Shown here: positions 26,170-36,718 of the stretch, one piece after another
Layout: every line of letters starts with the position of its first letter
How positions within the stretch are numbered: the stretch's first letter is position 1
Source of the DNA: Proteus alimentorum
Lineage (GTDB): Bacteria; Pseudomonadota; Gammaproteobacteria; Enterobacterales; Enterobacteriaceae
Assembly (NCBI RefSeq): GCF_002607735.1
Contig: NZ_NBVR01000034.1
Location: 6,328-46,327, forward strand
DNA: 40,000 nucleotides
Reading direction: 5' to 3'
Translations under genes and position numbers: made by a program
Notes under the pieces: model-generated
Seen by the model: the letters and a program-made list of their open reading frames with translations, nothing else
Databases searched by the model: none
What the model was told of the DNA's origin: nothing

Positions 26170-26881
26170 TAAACATACTGATACTAACTGGAAGCCTTGG
26201 GTTCCCAAAGAACTCACTGATTGGGCATTAACTGTCGAGGAAACGACAGAAGACGAAAAGGAAGTCGAAAAACAGGAAAAAGAAGTTGTTCAGCAACAGA
26301 AAGTCCTTGAGCAAATCAATATGCTTGATGACATGAAAGACAAGGCCCAGAAATTGGGCCACGCTGAAGGCTTTGAGGCAGGGAAAAACCAGGGTTATCA
26401 GGAAGGCTATCAGGCTGGATTACAATCAGGTATTGAAGAAGGCATTCGCCAAGGCATTGCTCAACAATCACCATTAATTAATGAGTGGCAAGGATTGTTG
26501 GCTGAATTTAGACACTCTTTAAATGGGTTAGACAGTGTTATCGCTTCACGTTTAATGCAAATCGCCCTCACTGCGGCAAAAGAAGTTCTGGGTCAGCCTG
26601 CTGTTTGTGATGGGTCTGCATTACTGGCGCAAATCACCTTAATGTTGCAACAAGAACAAATGTTTACAAACAACCCACAGTTAAGAGTTAACCCAAAACA
26701 TATTCCACAAATTGAAAAAGAGCTGGGTGATTCACTTTCTGCTCATGGTTGGAAAGTGGTTGCCGATAACAGTATTCATGTTGGTGGATGCCGTGTTGTG
26801 ACAAATGATGGCGATCTTGATGCCACGATTGCAACTCGTTGGCATGAGCTTTGCCGTCTTGCTGCTCCGGAGGCGTTGTAA
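26162..26881 (+). CDS. fliH: Flagellar export apparatus protein FliH
   Basis: Start at [13 protein letters not shown] (ATG 26162, GGAGGAG RBS). [10 protein letters not shown]... and the C-terminus [19 protein letters not shown] match FliH. Confidence 0.9.
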   Translation: MSDKHTDTNWKPWVPKELTDWALTVEETTEDEKEVEKQEKEVVQQQKVLEQINMLDDMKDKAQKLGHAEGFEAGKNQGYQEGYQAGLQSGIEEGIRQGIAQQSPLINEWQGLLAEFRHSLNGLDSVIASRLMQIALTAAKEVLGQPAVCDGSALLAQITLMLQQEQMFTNNPQLRVNPKHIPQIEKELGDSLSAHGWKVVADNSIHVGGCRVVTNDGDLDATIATRWHELCRLAAPEAL

Positions 26882-28248
26882 TGACAGCAAGATTGGGGCG
26901 TTGGTTAGAAAAACTCAGTGAGGCAGAAGCGCGTTTAAATAAAATTCCGCGTGTACGTCAATATGGTCGTTTAACCAGAGCAACAGGTTTAGTCATGGAA
27001 GCTAAGGGGCTTGTTATGCCCCTTGGCTCTACGTGTTTAATAGAACGTACCATTGGTAAAACTGTTGAAGAAGTTGAAAGTGAAGTTGTTGGGTTCAATG
27101 GTAGCCAAATGTTGTTAATGCCTTTACAGGAAGTCGAGGGATTAACACCGGGAGCCCGTGTTTATGCACAGGCTACTCCAGGTGGTGAAAATGAAGGTCG
27201 CCAATTGCCTCTTGGAGATGCGCTGTTAGGGCGTGTTTTAGATGGCTCTGGTTATCCTTTAGATGGTTTACCACCTCCAGATACAGGTTATCGTGCACCA
27301 CTGATCACGCCACCTATCAACCCGCTACAGCGAACACCGATTACAGATGTTCTTGATGTGGGTGTACGTGCAATTAATGCATTATTAACGGTTGGTCGCG
27401 GTCAGCGTATGGGGCTTTTTGCAGGCTCTGGTGTAGGTAAAAGTGTGCTATTAGGCATGATGGCGCGTTTTACTCAAGCTGATGTCATTGTTGTTGGATT
27501 AATTGGTGAACGTGGACGTGAAGTTAAAGACTTTATCGAAAATATTCTCGGTACAGAAGGCTTAGCACGCTCTGTGGTTGTCGCCGCACCTGCTGACGTA
27601 TCACCACTTCTTCGTATGCAAGGCGCTTCTTATGCAACGCGTATTGCTGAAGATTTTCGTGATCGTGGAAAACATGTCTTACTGATTATGGATTCACTCA
27701 CACGTTACAGTATGGCGCAACGTGAAATTGCCCTTGCTGTAGGCGAGCCACCAGCAACCAAAGGCTATCCACCTTCTGTCTTTGCTAAATTGCCAGCATT
27801 GGTCGAACGTGCGGGAAATGGCGTTGATGGTGGCGGTTCTATCACGGCTTTCTATACTGTTTTAACAGAAGGTGATGATCAGCAAGATCCCATCGCAGAC
27901 TCTGCGCGTGCGATTTTGGATGGCCACATTGTGCTTTCGCGTTCTCTTGCAGAATCTGGGCACTACCCTGCTATCGACATCGAAGCTTCTATTAGCCGTG
28001 CAATGACGTCACTGATTGATAAAACACATTATCGTCGCGTACAAGTGTTTAAACAGCTGTTGTCTAGTTATCAACGTAACCGCGATTTAATTAACGTAGG
28101 TGCTTATGCTGCGGGTAGTGATCCTATGCTTGATAAAGCCATTGCGCTTTATCCGTCCCTCGCGAAGTTCTTACAACAAGATATCCAAGAGCAATGCAGT
28201 TATCAAAGTGCATGTGAGCAACTTAATCAACTGATCACAGTAAACTAA
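26881..28248 (+). CDS. fliI: Flagellum-specific ATPase FliI
   Basis: Start at MTARLGRW (TAATG overlap). Walker A GSGVGKS, and an F1/T3SS ATPase fold pattern throughout. Confidence 0.97.
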   Translation: MTARLGRWLEKLSEAEARLNKIPRVRQYGRLTRATGLVMEAKGLVMPLGSTCLIERTIGKTVEEVESEVVGFNGSQMLLMPLQEVEGLTPGARVYAQATPGGENEGRQLPLGDALLGRVLDGSGYPLDGLPPPDTGYRAPLITPPINPLQRTPITDVLDVGVRAINALLTVGRGQRMGLFAGSGVGKSVLLGMMARFTQADVIVVGLIGERGREVKDFIENILGTEGLARSVVVAAPADVSPLLRMQGASYATRIAEDFRDRGKHVLLIMDSLTRYSMAQREIALAVGEPPATKGYPPSVFAKLPALVERAGNGVDGGGSITAFYTVLTEGDDQQDPIADSARAILDGHIVLSRSLAESGHYPAIDIEASISRAMTSLIDKTHYRRVQVFKQLLSSYQRNRDLINVGAYAAGSDPMLDKAIALYPSLAKFLQQDIQEQCSYQSACEQLNQLITVN

Positions 28249-28284
28249 TTCTGAACATAATCAGAGAAAGTAAAGAGGGTTCCA

Positions 28285-28731
28285 ATGCGGGAGCAGTCAC
28301 CTTTAGTGACACTGAGAGAACTGGCACAGACAGCGGCTGAACAAGCCGCTATTCAACTGGCTCAGGTCCGGCAGAGTCATCAACAAATGGAACAGCAACT
28401 CAATATGTTGATTGGGTATCAGGATGAATACCGTGTACGTCTAAATGAAACGTTGAATTTAGGGGGGATGTCGTCAGCATCATGGCAAAACTACCAACAA
28501 TTTCTCAAAACGCTCGAATTGACTATCGAACAACATAAACAACAACTTCAACATTGGCAGTCGCAGCTTGATCTAGCAACTGAACAATGGAGAGAAAAAC
28601 AGCAACGACTCAATGCATTTGAGACTTTGGAGCAACGCGCTGAAGATAGCCGTAAGCGACATCTTGATCGTATTGAACAGAAACAAATGGACGAGTACGC
28701 ACAGCGTAGTACTTTACGGAGAACAACTTGA
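28285..28731 (+). CDS. fliJ: Flagellar export chaperone/stalk protein FliJ
   Basis: 148 aa, coiled coil. LIGYQDEYR...WQNYQQFLKTLE...WREKQQRLNAFETL parallels E. coli FliJ. Confidence 0.9.
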   Translation: MREQSPLVTLRELAQTAAEQAAIQLAQVRQSHQQMEQQLNMLIGYQDEYRVRLNETLNLGGMSSASWQNYQQFLKTLELTIEQHKQQLQHWQSQLDLATEQWREKQQRLNAFETLEQRAEDSRKRHLDRIEQKQMDEYAQRSTLRRTT

Positions 28732-30131
28732 TGGAGATAACGCTTCTGACCATGGATGTCGCTGCAGCCTCTCCGGGAACGACATCCGCTTCAAATAGTC
28801 AGCCCGGTGATAATGCCCCGACATTTGCTCAGCTTTTGGGCTCTCAACCCCAAAATGCACAGAGTGATAAAAAGACAGCCAATATCACAAACCATTCAAC
28901 AAAAGAAAACAAAGCACATTCACACTCTGATGAAGACAAAACAAAAGAAGACGGTAGTCATCTTGCGTCTGTCACCACAGAACCCAATGTGACAGAAGAG
29001 TCATCGCTTGATAAATCTCAATTGACTCTTACTTTGCCGGATAATGAACAATTTGCGGCTATTGTTGAAAATAAAACCGCTTCTTTATTAATGTCGGCAG
29101 AAGAGCTTGCCGCTGAACTTCCCGTTCAGTTAGCCGGGCTACCTGGATTAAAACGTCTTACCCTTCCCTCAGAGCAACTGACTCAAGCATTACAACAGCC
29201 TCAATCAGTTCAACGTGATGAAAGTTTAGCTTCGTTAGCACGTACTATTTCAAAAGATAGCGATATGTCGGACTTCAACCTTACCGACAAGCTAAACCTA
29301 TCAAAATCAGATGAAAAGTCCTTGTTAACTCAGCTACGTCCAGAGACAGCGACATTAGCAACAGAAAGTACACTTGTTGGTGCTCATCAAACAGAAAAGC
29401 CTTCTGCAAAAAAAGTGGATAGCATCGCAACGCTTTTAACGCCAACAGCAGAAAAAGTGAATGCATTGTTAAATGGCGATAAGCAAGTTACAAATGCAAA
29501 ATTAGCCGACAATGTTTCTCAGCAATTGGCGACAAGTCATCGTGTTGTAGAAAGCGATCTTCACCATACCCTTTCTACTTCTTCTTTGGCGTCACAAAGT
29601 ATTACGGCTCATGCTCACTCTTCAACACAACCACAAATGCAATTTTCACCGATGGCAACACAGGTATTAAGTGCACAAGTGGGAACACAAGAGTGGCAAC
29701 AGCAACTAAATCAACAAATTGTGATGTTTAGTCGTAATGGCTTACAAAAGGCAGAACTACGTTTACACCCTGAAGAGCTAGGTTCATTGCATATCCGCAT
29801 GAAAATAGAAGATGGGCAAGCGCAGTTGCACCTTGCTTCACAAAACGGACAAGTTCGTTCTGTATTAGAAAATGCCATGCATCAATTGCGTCAAGCTCTC
29901 TCTGAAAATGGGATCCAGCTCACGCAGAGTCAGGTATCTAGCGACACTCATGACAATTGGCAACAACAAAATATGTCAGATTCCTCTCAATTTAGTGGAG
30001 ATGGTGCCGATAATCATCAAGGAAGCGAGGGTAATTCAATGCAATTAGCCTCTGAAACGGCACTACAAAAGATAACCCTTACGCCTCAAGAATTAGCATC
30101 TGCTCGTGGTGGTGTCGATATTTTTGCCTAA
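28731..30131 (+). CDS. fliK: Flagellar hook-length control protein FliK
   Basis: ATG 28731 overlaps the fliJ TGA. Low-complexity Q/S/T-rich N-terminal half. Conserved C-terminal domain (AELRLHPEELGSLHIRMKIEDGQAQLHLASQ). Confidence 0.85.
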   Translation: MEITLLTMDVAAASPGTTSASNSQPGDNAPTFAQLLGSQPQNAQSDKKTANITNHSTKENKAHSHSDEDKTKEDGSHLASVTTEPNVTEESSLDKSQLTLTLPDNEQFAAIVENKTASLLMSAEELAAELPVQLAGLPGLKRLTLPSEQLTQALQQPQSVQRDESLASLARTISKDSDMSDFNLTDKLNLSKSDEKSLLTQLRPETATLATESTLVGAHQTEKPSAKKVDSIATLLTPTAEKVNALLNGDKQVTNAKLADNVSQQLATSHRVVESDLHHTLSTSSLASQSITAHAHSSTQPQMQFSPMATQVLSAQVGTQEWQQQLNQQIVMFSRNGLQKAELRLHPEELGSLHIRMKIEDGQAQLHLASQNGQVRSVLENAMHQLRQALSENGIQLTQSQVSSDTHDNWQQQNMSDSSQFSGDGADNHQGSEGNSMQLASETALQKITLTPQELASARGGVDIFA

Positions 30132-30308
30132 TACAAATGTATTGGGAGGACACACTATGTCAATAAACGTAAGAGTTAATGGTTTTTTCCCTATCTGTTT
30201 CTGCAATTAAAAAACAGAAATAGCGGGATAATTAAGGTTGATTTAGATGGATATGGAAGTCCACAACAGTGAACACGTATCCACTACAAAACAGGAATTT
30301 AACTGTCC

Positions 30309-30791
30309 ATGTCTAATTACAGCAATGAACGTAAAAGCTATAGCTTAATTCTGATCATCGTATTATTGGTGATCGCCATTATTGCAGCGGCATTCGGTGG
30401 ATATAGTTGGTGGGCATTGAAGCATGCTAAATCAGGTTCAGCGGGCACAAGTCAGCAAAAAGTTATACCAGCACCCGTTTTTATGTCATTAGAACCCTTT
30501 ACGGTAAATCTAATTGATGACGAAGAACACTTAGACAGGGTTCTCTACATTGGCATCACATTAAGATTGCATAATGATGAGACTCGTAAGCGTCTACATG
30601 ATTATTTACCTGAGGTTCGTAGCCGCTTGTTATTACTGCTTTCTCGTCAACAGGCTAATAAGCTCGCGACAGACAATGGAAAACTCCAGCTAATGACGGA
30701 TGTAAAAGAAACGCTGAGACCGACTCTCGTACCGGGAGAATCTGAACAGATCCTCTCCGATGTACTGTTTACCACGTTTATTCTGCGATAA
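30309..30791 (+). CDS. fliL: Flagellar basal-body-associated protein FliL
   Basis: 160 aa, single N-terminal TM helix. DRVLYIGITLRLHNDETRKRLHDYLPEVRSRLLLLLSRQ is nearly identical in pattern to E. coli FliL. Confidence 0.92.
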   Translation: MSNYSNERKSYSLILIIVLLVIAIIAAAFGGYSWWALKHAKSGSAGTSQQKVIPAPVFMSLEPFTVNLIDDEEHLDRVLYIGITLRLHNDETRKRLHDYLPEVRSRLLLLLSRQQANKLATDNGKLQLMTDVKETLRPTLVPGESEQILSDVLFTTFILR

Positions 30792-30796
30792 TCATT

Positions 30797-31828
30797 ATGA
30801 GCGATAATATCCTTTCACAGGCAGAGATTGATGCTCTGCTGAATGATGACACATCAGGTGACGACGCCAAAAAAAGCGCGAAAAGGGAACCTGCGATAGC
30901 GAAGGATCCGAATGAACCGGATATTCAGCCTTATGACCCCAACACGCAACGTCGTGTGGTTCGAGAACGTTTACAGTCGTTAGAAATTATTAACGAACGC
31001 TTTGCGCGTCAATTCCGTATGGGGCTGTTTAATATGCTCCGTCGGAGTCCTGACATTACTGTTGGTGGCGTTAAAATTCACCCTTATCACGACTTTGCTC
31101 GTAACTTACCTGTGCCAACAAACCTTAACTTGGTGCATTTAAAGCCTTTACGAGGAACCGCGTTATTTACCTTTGAACCGAATCTGGTTTATATCGCAGT
31201 AGATAACCTGTTTGGTGGTGATGGCCGTTTTCCAATCCCTGTGGAAGGACGTGAATTTACCAACACAGAGCAGCGGATCATCAACAAAATGTTGAAATTG
31301 GCACTTGATGCCTATCGTGATGCTTGGGATTCCATATTCAAGATCCAGGTGGAATATGTTCGTTCTGAAATGCAGGTGAAATTTACCAATATCACCTCAT
31401 CACCGAATGACATTGTTGTTACGACACCTTTTCAGGTAGAAATTGGTTCAATGGTTGGGGAATTTAGTATTTGTATTCCATTTGCCATGATTGAGCCATT
31501 ACGTGAACGACTGATCAATCCACCAATTGAAAATGTTCGTCAAGAAGATGGGGTTTGGTTAGATAGTTTAGTCAACCAAGTTCAGCATTCAGAGCTTGAA
31601 CTGGTCGCAAACTTTACTGACATCCCACTGCGTTTATCAAAAGTGTTAACACTTAAAGAAGGGGATGTTATCCCGATTGATAAACCAGAAAGATTGATTG
31701 CACATGTTGATGGTGTGCCCGTATTAACAAGCCAATACGGTACAGTAAATGGGCAATATGCCCTTCGTGTTGAACACCTAATTAACCCTGTTTTAAACGC
31801 TCTGGATGAGGAACAAACCAATGAGTGA
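30797..31828 (+). CDS. fliM: Flagellar motor switch protein FliM
   Basis: 343 aa. MSDNILSQAEIDALLN carries the CheY-P binding motif, and the rest is collinear with FliM. Confidence 0.96.
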   Translation: MSDNILSQAEIDALLNDDTSGDDAKKSAKREPAIAKDPNEPDIQPYDPNTQRRVVRERLQSLEIINERFARQFRMGLFNMLRRSPDITVGGVKIHPYHDFARNLPVPTNLNLVHLKPLRGTALFTFEPNLVYIAVDNLFGGDGRFPIPVEGREFTNTEQRIINKMLKLALDAYRDAWDSIFKIQVEYVRSEMQVKFTNITSSPNDIVVTTPFQVEIGSMVGEFSICIPFAMIEPLRERLINPPIENVRQEDGVWLDSLVNQVQHSELELVANFTDIPLRLSKVLTLKEGDVIPIDKPERLIAHVDGVPVLTSQYGTVNGQYALRVEHLINPVLNALDEEQTNE

Positions 31829-32231
31829 TGCAAATCGCCCAACTGATAATTCACAATCGGCTGAGGATATGTGGGCTGATGCAATGGAACAGCAAACTGG
31901 GAAAAGCCAGGATAATAGTTCCGATCTATTTGAACATCTTTTACCTGAAGACGATGCGCTGAACCATCTATCTGATATTAATTTGATTATGGATATTCCA
32001 GTCAAATTAACCGTAGAGTTAGGTCGCACCAAAATGACCATTAAAAAATTACTTAGCCTGTCACAAGGTTCGGTCGTTTCATTGGATGGTTTAGCTGGTG
32101 AGCCTCTTGATATTCTTATCAATGGTTATTTAATTGCTCAAGGTGAAGTTGTGGTTGTTTCTGATAAATACGGTATTCGCATTACCGATATCATTACACC
32201 ATCAGAACGTATGCGTCGTCTGAGCCGTTAA
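31821..32231 (+). CDS. fliN: Flagellar motor switch protein FliN
   Basis: Start at MSDANRPT (ATG 31821, GAGGAA RBS, overlaps the fliM end). C-terminal SpoA domain IPVKLTVELGRTKMTIKKLLSLSQGSVVSLD. Confidence 0.95.
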   Translation: MSDANRPTDNSQSAEDMWADAMEQQTGKSQDNSSDLFEHLLPEDDALNHLSDINLIMDIPVKLTVELGRTKMTIKKLLSLSQGSVVSLDGLAGEPLDILINGYLIAQGEVVVVSDKYGIRITDIITPSERMRRLSR

Positions 32232-32234
32232 TCT

Positions 32235-32681
32235 ATGGAACAGCTTCCTTCCTTTTCCAGCCAAGGTGCGGTAAATACTACCGCACCCGCTACAACACAA
32301 ACTGTTCAAACACCTGCACAACCGTTGCCTGTAGGTCAAAGCCTTGCTCAAGTTAGCACGGCACTTGCAGGCATCATCGTTCTTATTATTGTTGCTATGT
32401 GGTTATTTCGCCGTTTTGGCTTTACCCGTGGCTCATTTAAAGGAACGACAGCAAAGCTTAACGTCAAAGCAAGTTGTTCATTAGGTGCGAAAGAGCGTGT
32501 GGTGGTCGTTGAAATAGAACAGGAATGGCTCGTATTAGGGGTAACTGCATCACAGGTAAATCTGCTGCATAAATTACCCGTCCCTGATAATGCCACGCAG
32601 GAAGCGACCTCATCACCAACATCGCCATTGTTTACTCAAATATTACAAAAAACGCTAAAGCGAGATAAAGGCAACTCATAA
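32235..32681 (+). CDS. fliO: Flagellar biosynthesis protein FliO
   Basis: 148 aa with a single TM helix ([15 protein letters not shown]). It sits between fliN and fliP. Start uncertain. Confidence 0.8.
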   Translation: MEQLPSFSSQGAVNTTAPATTQTVQTPAQPLPVGQSLAQVSTALAGIIVLIIVAMWLFRRFGFTRGSFKGTTAKLNVKASCSLGAKERVVVVEIEQEWLVLGVTASQVNLLHKLPVPDNATQEATSSPTSPLFTQILQKTLKRDKGNS

Positions 32682-33451
32682 TGCATCAATGTGTCACTTT
32701 TTTTAACGCATTAAAGCGTTGGCGTCTCTTCGCTAGTGTGCTGGTTTTAATCTTGTTACCTACCAGTGCGTTTGCCCAATTTCCGGGTGTGATTACACAG
32801 CCTTTACCGGGTGGTGGTCAAAGTTGGTCATTACCAGTACAAACATTAATCTTCATTACAGCGTTGGGATTTATTCCTGCTGTTTTGCTGATGATGACAA
32901 GTTTTACCCGCATTATTATTGTTCTTGGATTATTACGTAATGCTTTAGGTACGCCTTCTGCACCACCAAACCAAGTGGTTCTCGGTTTGGCATTATTTAT
33001 GACCTTTTTCATTATGGCACCGGTTTTTGATAAAATTTATCAAGATGCCTATATGCCATTTACTGAAGATCAAATTACCTTCGAGCAAGCTTTAGAAAAT
33101 GGCGCTAAACCTTTGCGTCAATTTATGATGCAACAAACTCGTGAAACTGACTTGGCTCTATTTGCTCGTCTTGCCGATGCACCCGCGTTTGAAACTCGTG
33201 AAAGTGTACCAATGCGAATTTTAGTGCCTGCTTATATTACGAGTGAGCTAAAAACCGCCTTCCAAATCGGTTTTATGATTTTTATTCCTTTTCTTATTAT
33301 CGACTTAGTTGTTGCCAGTGTATTGATGGCGCTAGGTATGATGATGGTGCCCCCTGCCACAGTTTCATTGCCATTTAAACTCATGCTTTTTGTTTTAGTC
33401 GATGGTTGGCAATTAATACTAGGCTCACTTGCACAAAGCTTTTTTAATTAG
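32681..33451 (+). CDS. fliP: Flagellar export gate protein FliP
   Basis: 256 aa. [56 protein letters not shown] is nearly identical to E. coli FliP. Confidence 0.97.
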   Translation: MHQCVTFFNALKRWRLFASVLVLILLPTSAFAQFPGVITQPLPGGGQSWSLPVQTLIFITALGFIPAVLLMMTSFTRIIIVLGLLRNALGTPSAPPNQVVLGLALFMTFFIMAPVFDKIYQDAYMPFTEDQITFEQALENGAKPLRQFMMQQTRETDLALFARLADAPAFETRESVPMRILVPAYITSELKTAFQIGFMIFIPFLIIDLVVASVLMALGMMMVPPATVSLPFKLMLFVLVDGWQLILGSLAQSFFN

Positions 33452-33466
33452 CGCTGAGGTAATCCC

Positions 33467-33736
33467 ATGACACCAGAATCCGTCTTAGCACTAGGTACTG
33501 AAGCGATGAAAATCGCTTTATCACTAGCGGGTCCTCTTTTGTTGTCTGCTCTGGTGACAGGTCTTGTGATCAGTATGCTTCAAGCTGCAACGCAGATAAA
33601 CGAAATGACATTATCGTTTATTCCAAAAATTCTTGCTGTATTAGCCGCAATTTTAGTTGCTGGTCCTTGGATGTTAAGTTTACTTGTCGATTATATGCAT
33701 AACTTATTTACAGGCATTCCTGGGATGATTGGTTAA
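33467..33736 (+). CDS. fliQ: Flagellar export gate protein FliQ
   Basis: 89 aa, two TM helices, typical FliQ sequence (LLSALVTGLVISMLQAATQINEMTLSFIPKI). Confidence 0.95.
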   Translation: MTPESVLALGTEAMKIALSLAGPLLLSALVTGLVISMLQAATQINEMTLSFIPKILAVLAAILVAGPWMLSLLVDYMHNLFTGIPGMIG

Positions 33737-33741
33737 TAGCA

Positions 33742-34524
33742 ATGATAACCCTGACCAGTGAAATGCTTAACGGCTACATTAGTGATTTTTTCTGGCCATT
33801 TGTGCGTATACTTGCCCTTTTTAGTACCGCACCGCTATTTAGTGAAAAACAGACGCCTAAAAAGTTCCGCATTGCACTCGCCTTTTTAATTACTGCATTA
33901 ATCGCACCAGGCTTACCACAGAGTAATGTGCCTTTATTCTCGCTTATTGCCTTTTGGGTGCTGTTGCAACAAATTTTAATTGGCACAATTCTAGGGTTAT
34001 CAATGCAACTGGCATTTGCTTCTGTTCGTCATGCCGGTGAAGTCATTGGTTTACAGATGGGGCTTTCATTCGCTACCTTCGTCGATCCATCAGGTGGCCC
34101 TAACATGCCTATTCTGGCACGTATTTTTAATATGCTAACAATGCTGTTATTTATGGTCTTTGATGGTCATTTATGGTTATTGTCTGTATTAGTTGATACA
34201 TTTTATGTTGTTCCTATTGGAAATCAGACTTTTAACTCATTAGGTATCCTGACTTTAGTGCAAAGTGGCGGCACAATCTTTATTAACGGTATGATGTTAG
34301 CCATGCCATTAATCACCCTACTTTTAGTCCTCAACCTTTCATTAGGTATTCTAAATCGTATGACACCACAACTTTCTGTCTTTGTGGTGGGCTTCCCTCT
34401 TACGCTGACTATCGGTATGTTAGCATTATCCATGATCATGCCTGCACTACCTGTGTTTACAGAGCGTGTCTTTAGTGATACGTTTAATCGCATCACATTG
34501 ATATTGCAACAATTAGTTTCTTGA
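33742..34524 (+). CDS. fliR: Flagellar export gate protein FliR
   Basis: 260 aa polytopic membrane protein. It is the last gene of the fliL operon and matches the FliR pattern (FWPFVRILALFSTAPLFSE...). Confidence 0.95.
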   Translation: MITLTSEMLNGYISDFFWPFVRILALFSTAPLFSEKQTPKKFRIALAFLITALIAPGLPQSNVPLFSLIAFWVLLQQILIGTILGLSMQLAFASVRHAGEVIGLQMGLSFATFVDPSGGPNMPILARIFNMLTMLLFMVFDGHLWLLSVLVDTFYVVPIGNQTFNSLGILTLVQSGGTIFINGMMLAMPLITLLLVLNLSLGILNRMTPQLSVFVVGFPLTLTIGMLALSMIMPALPVFTERVFSDTFNRITLILQQLVS

Positions 34525-34525
34525 T

Positions 34526-34546
34526 ATGGGCTAATAATCAGCCCAT
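34526..34546 (+). terminator. Hairpin terminator after fliR (shared with the convergent cassette)
   Basis: ATGGGCT-aataatc-AGCCCAT followed by tatttatttttt. It overlaps the stop of the convergent 153-aa ORF. Confidence 0.5.
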
Positions 34547-35007
34547 TATTTATTTTTTATACTTATGACTAAAGCGTTTTCAGTACCTATATTGGGATAA
34601 AATATTTTTTCGAACTCTTTTATTGTTTCAATATGCTCATAAGTTTTCGACATAATATCTTCATGTTGTTGAATAATATATATATCTTCTTTTTTGGCTA
34701 ATAATTCATTGATAAATCTATGGAATTCTTCAGCATTATTCTCTGAATTTTTTGCTGTTATTAAATGATTGGTTGAATCTTCTAAAACATAAACCCAATA
34801 ATCATCAAGATTTAATCGCTTTGAAAATAAGCATTCTAATGCACTACCGCAGGCTTTATATCGTGTAAATATAAACGTGTTATTCCAAGAGTATTTTTTC
34901 GGATCTTGTGAAAATAACTCATCACCCCAGCTAACTTTTTGCTCAATACATTTAATTAAAGAAAGCGGTATTGATTTATTAATTAGTAATTCAAAATAAG
35001 CACACAT
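34546..35007 (-). CDS. Hypothetical protein, very AT-rich gene (second gene of the two-gene cassette)
   Basis: 153-aa ORF starting 6 nt downstream of the 143-aa ORF stop, acidic, no recognised family. G+C hand count is 17/60 and 14/60 for 34561-34620 and 34621-34680, against 29/60 for a fliR line (34021-34080). Confidence 0.5.
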   Translation of the reverse strand: MCAYFELLINKSIPLSLIKCIEQKVSWGDELFSQDPKKYSWNNTFIFTRYKACGSALECLFSKRLNLDDYWVYVLEDSTNHLITAKNSENNAEEFHRFINELLAKKEDIYIIQQHEDIMSKTYEHIETIKEFEKIFYPNIGTENALVISIKNK

Positions 35008-35013
35008 AATTTT

Positions 35014-35445
35014 CTATCTCAACGATTCTAACCACAACAGAAAAAACTCACGTTGTTCCGACGGTGTAACTAAGGTTTCATTTCGATAGTCATTAAATGT
35101 ACCGACTAAATCTTCTTGGCGCGCTTGCTTTCCCATTTTCATACAATAAACTGCCATACCACTTCCCATATCACGAGACATTCCTGATGGATAGGTATCT
35201 ATTCTTGCGCCATGGCAGTGAAAAATAACATCCGTTAGTTGATTACGAATAGCATCTAAACAGGCAAAATAATCTGTTGCTGAAAATTCACCATAGTGAT
35301 GGCCTTCAATATCGACAGTAATTTTACATTTTCTTTCAGGAGAGGTTGTCAATCGTAATTCAGCGATAGCGTCTTTATGATTAATTGTAATTGGGATATC
35401 GAATTGTTTTCCATTCATAGATAAAAGTCCTTTGTTGTTTGCCAT
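35014..35445 (-). CDS. Hypothetical Cys/His-rich protein (first gene of the two-gene cassette)
   Basis: 143-aa ORF (alternative start at MNGKQF, 35418). Contains EGHHYGEF, YFACLD, FHCHGARID and VYCMKMG. No recognised family. Confidence 0.5.
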   Translation of the reverse strand: MANNKGLLSMNGKQFDIPITINHKDAIAELRLTTSPERKCKITVDIEGHHYGEFSATDYFACLDAIRNQLTDVIFHCHGARIDTYPSGMSRDMGSGMAVYCMKMGKQARQEDLVGTFNDYRNETLVTPSEQREFFLLWLESLR

Positions 35446-35677
35446 TTAACATTCTAATTTATTTTCTATTTACTCATTAATAATTAATCCACTTTTAATC
35501 TAATCGTACATATTTATTACTATACAAAAAGATATAAAATCAAATTTACAACCCAATACTCGTGAATGTGCAATTATTAATACTGCTACTGGCGATATTA
35601 TTTAAACTACAGAACCTTTCATGTACATGATGCCCAATATAGGAAAAATAGTTTACCTGTTTTATCCAATAAACAAT

Positions 35678-35709
35678 AAAAAAACCCCTGATAAATACAT
35701 ACCAGGGGT
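35678..35709 (-). terminator. Intrinsic terminator after flgL
   Basis: The minus strand reads ACCCCTG-12 nt loop-CAGGGGT followed by seven T. It starts 34 nt after the flgL stop. Confidence 0.6.
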
Positions 35710-35742
35710 GATATCAAAATGTCTAAAGACAAAACTAAATAA

Positions 35743-36687
35743 TTAGCGATACATCTTAAACATCGACATCTCTTTCATGTCGTTAAAGACTTTATAAGAA
35801 GCCTGTAATACAGACTCTTCTTGATAATAATCTGAAATCGCTTGTGTCCAATCTAAGTCACGCAATTCGCTTAAGCGTTTTGCATTTCTTAAAGTCGTAT
35901 CTGCACCTAAATCATCTAAATTATCAAGTTCTTGAAGTTGCAAACCTAACTTCGCCTCAACACTAGAAATATTATTTAATGTTGCACGGTTAACACTGTT
36001 TGCCGTATCAATTTTCGCTAAGGCAGCATCACGATCCGCTTGTGGCTTACCGATTAAAGGTTCACGTAATGCGGTAATAGCACCATCAAGAGCATTAAAA
36101 ATATCAGGCTCTGTCCCTTTACCCCCTGAAGATTGTAATGTTTCAATCCCAGTGAAGTTGGTGACCATTTCAATATTGCTATCTACTTTTTGGGTAATTT
36201 GCTTGTCACCACCTTGATAGGTGATTTTACCCGTTGCATCAGCGACAAAAGGAGGCTTATCTGATTGGAAACCGGCAAAAATATAACGGCCGACACCATC
36301 TTTTGTGTTACCAATACCGACTAGCTGATCTTTTAAACCTTGTAATTGATCAGCCAAAGATGAACGGTCTTCATCACTTAATGTTGCATCATTACCTGCT
36401 GCAACCAACGTTTCTTGAATTTTAGTCGTGATATTAACCATTTGGCTTGCTAAGCTCATTTGCAAAGACATACTGTTTTTTGCAAATCCACGCGCTGTCG
36501 CATACTGTTGGTTACGTGATTCAGATTGTTTCACCATCACCGCTTGAGAAGCCGCCATGGGATCATCTGAAGGTTTTTCAACACGACGACCGCTGGAGAT
36601 TTTATTCCCTTCCGTCATCCATTTGCTTTGTGAACTCGTGATATTATCCACGCGCTGGCTAAAAATTTGACTTGAACTTAAACGCAC
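35743..36687 (-). CDS. flgL: Flagellar hook-filament junction protein FlgL (HAP3)
   Basis: 314 aa, GTG start with GGAA RBS. GRRVEKPSDDPMAASQAV... and the C-terminus QASYKVFNDMKEMSMFKMY are collinear with FlgL. Confidence 0.93.
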   Translation of the reverse strand: MRLSSSQIFSQRVDNITSSQSKWMTEGNKISSGRRVEKPSDDPMAASQAVMVKQSESRNQQYATARGFAKNSMSLQMSLASQMVNITTKIQETLVAAGNDATLSDEDRSSLADQLQGLKDQLVGIGNTKDGVGRYIFAGFQSDKPPFVADATGKITYQGGDKQITQKVDSNIEMVTNFTGIETLQSSGGKGTEPDIFNALDGAITALREPLIGKPQADRDAALAKIDTANSVNRATLNNISSVEAKLGLQLQELDNLDDLGADTTLRNAKRLSELRDLDWTQAISDYYQEESVLQASYKVFNDMKEMSMFKMYR

Positions 36688-36718
36688 AGTGATATTCCTT
36701 ATTCTGATGAAACGTTAC

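Noticed and set aside
30246-30347. 33-codon ORF (MDMEVHNSEHV...) overlapping the fliL start in another frame
   Set aside because: It has a weak RBS, overlaps the well-supported fliL start, and has no recognisable features.
24129-34496. Numerous antisense or off-frame ORFs within fliF-fliR (for example 24129..24380 -, 24721..24999 -, 25457..25645 +, 28613..28992 +, 31582..32122 -, 32348..32596 -, 32818..33012 -, 33774..33986 -, 34224..34496 -)
   Set aside because: All are embedded in strongly supported flagellar genes with tight translational coupling. None has independent support.
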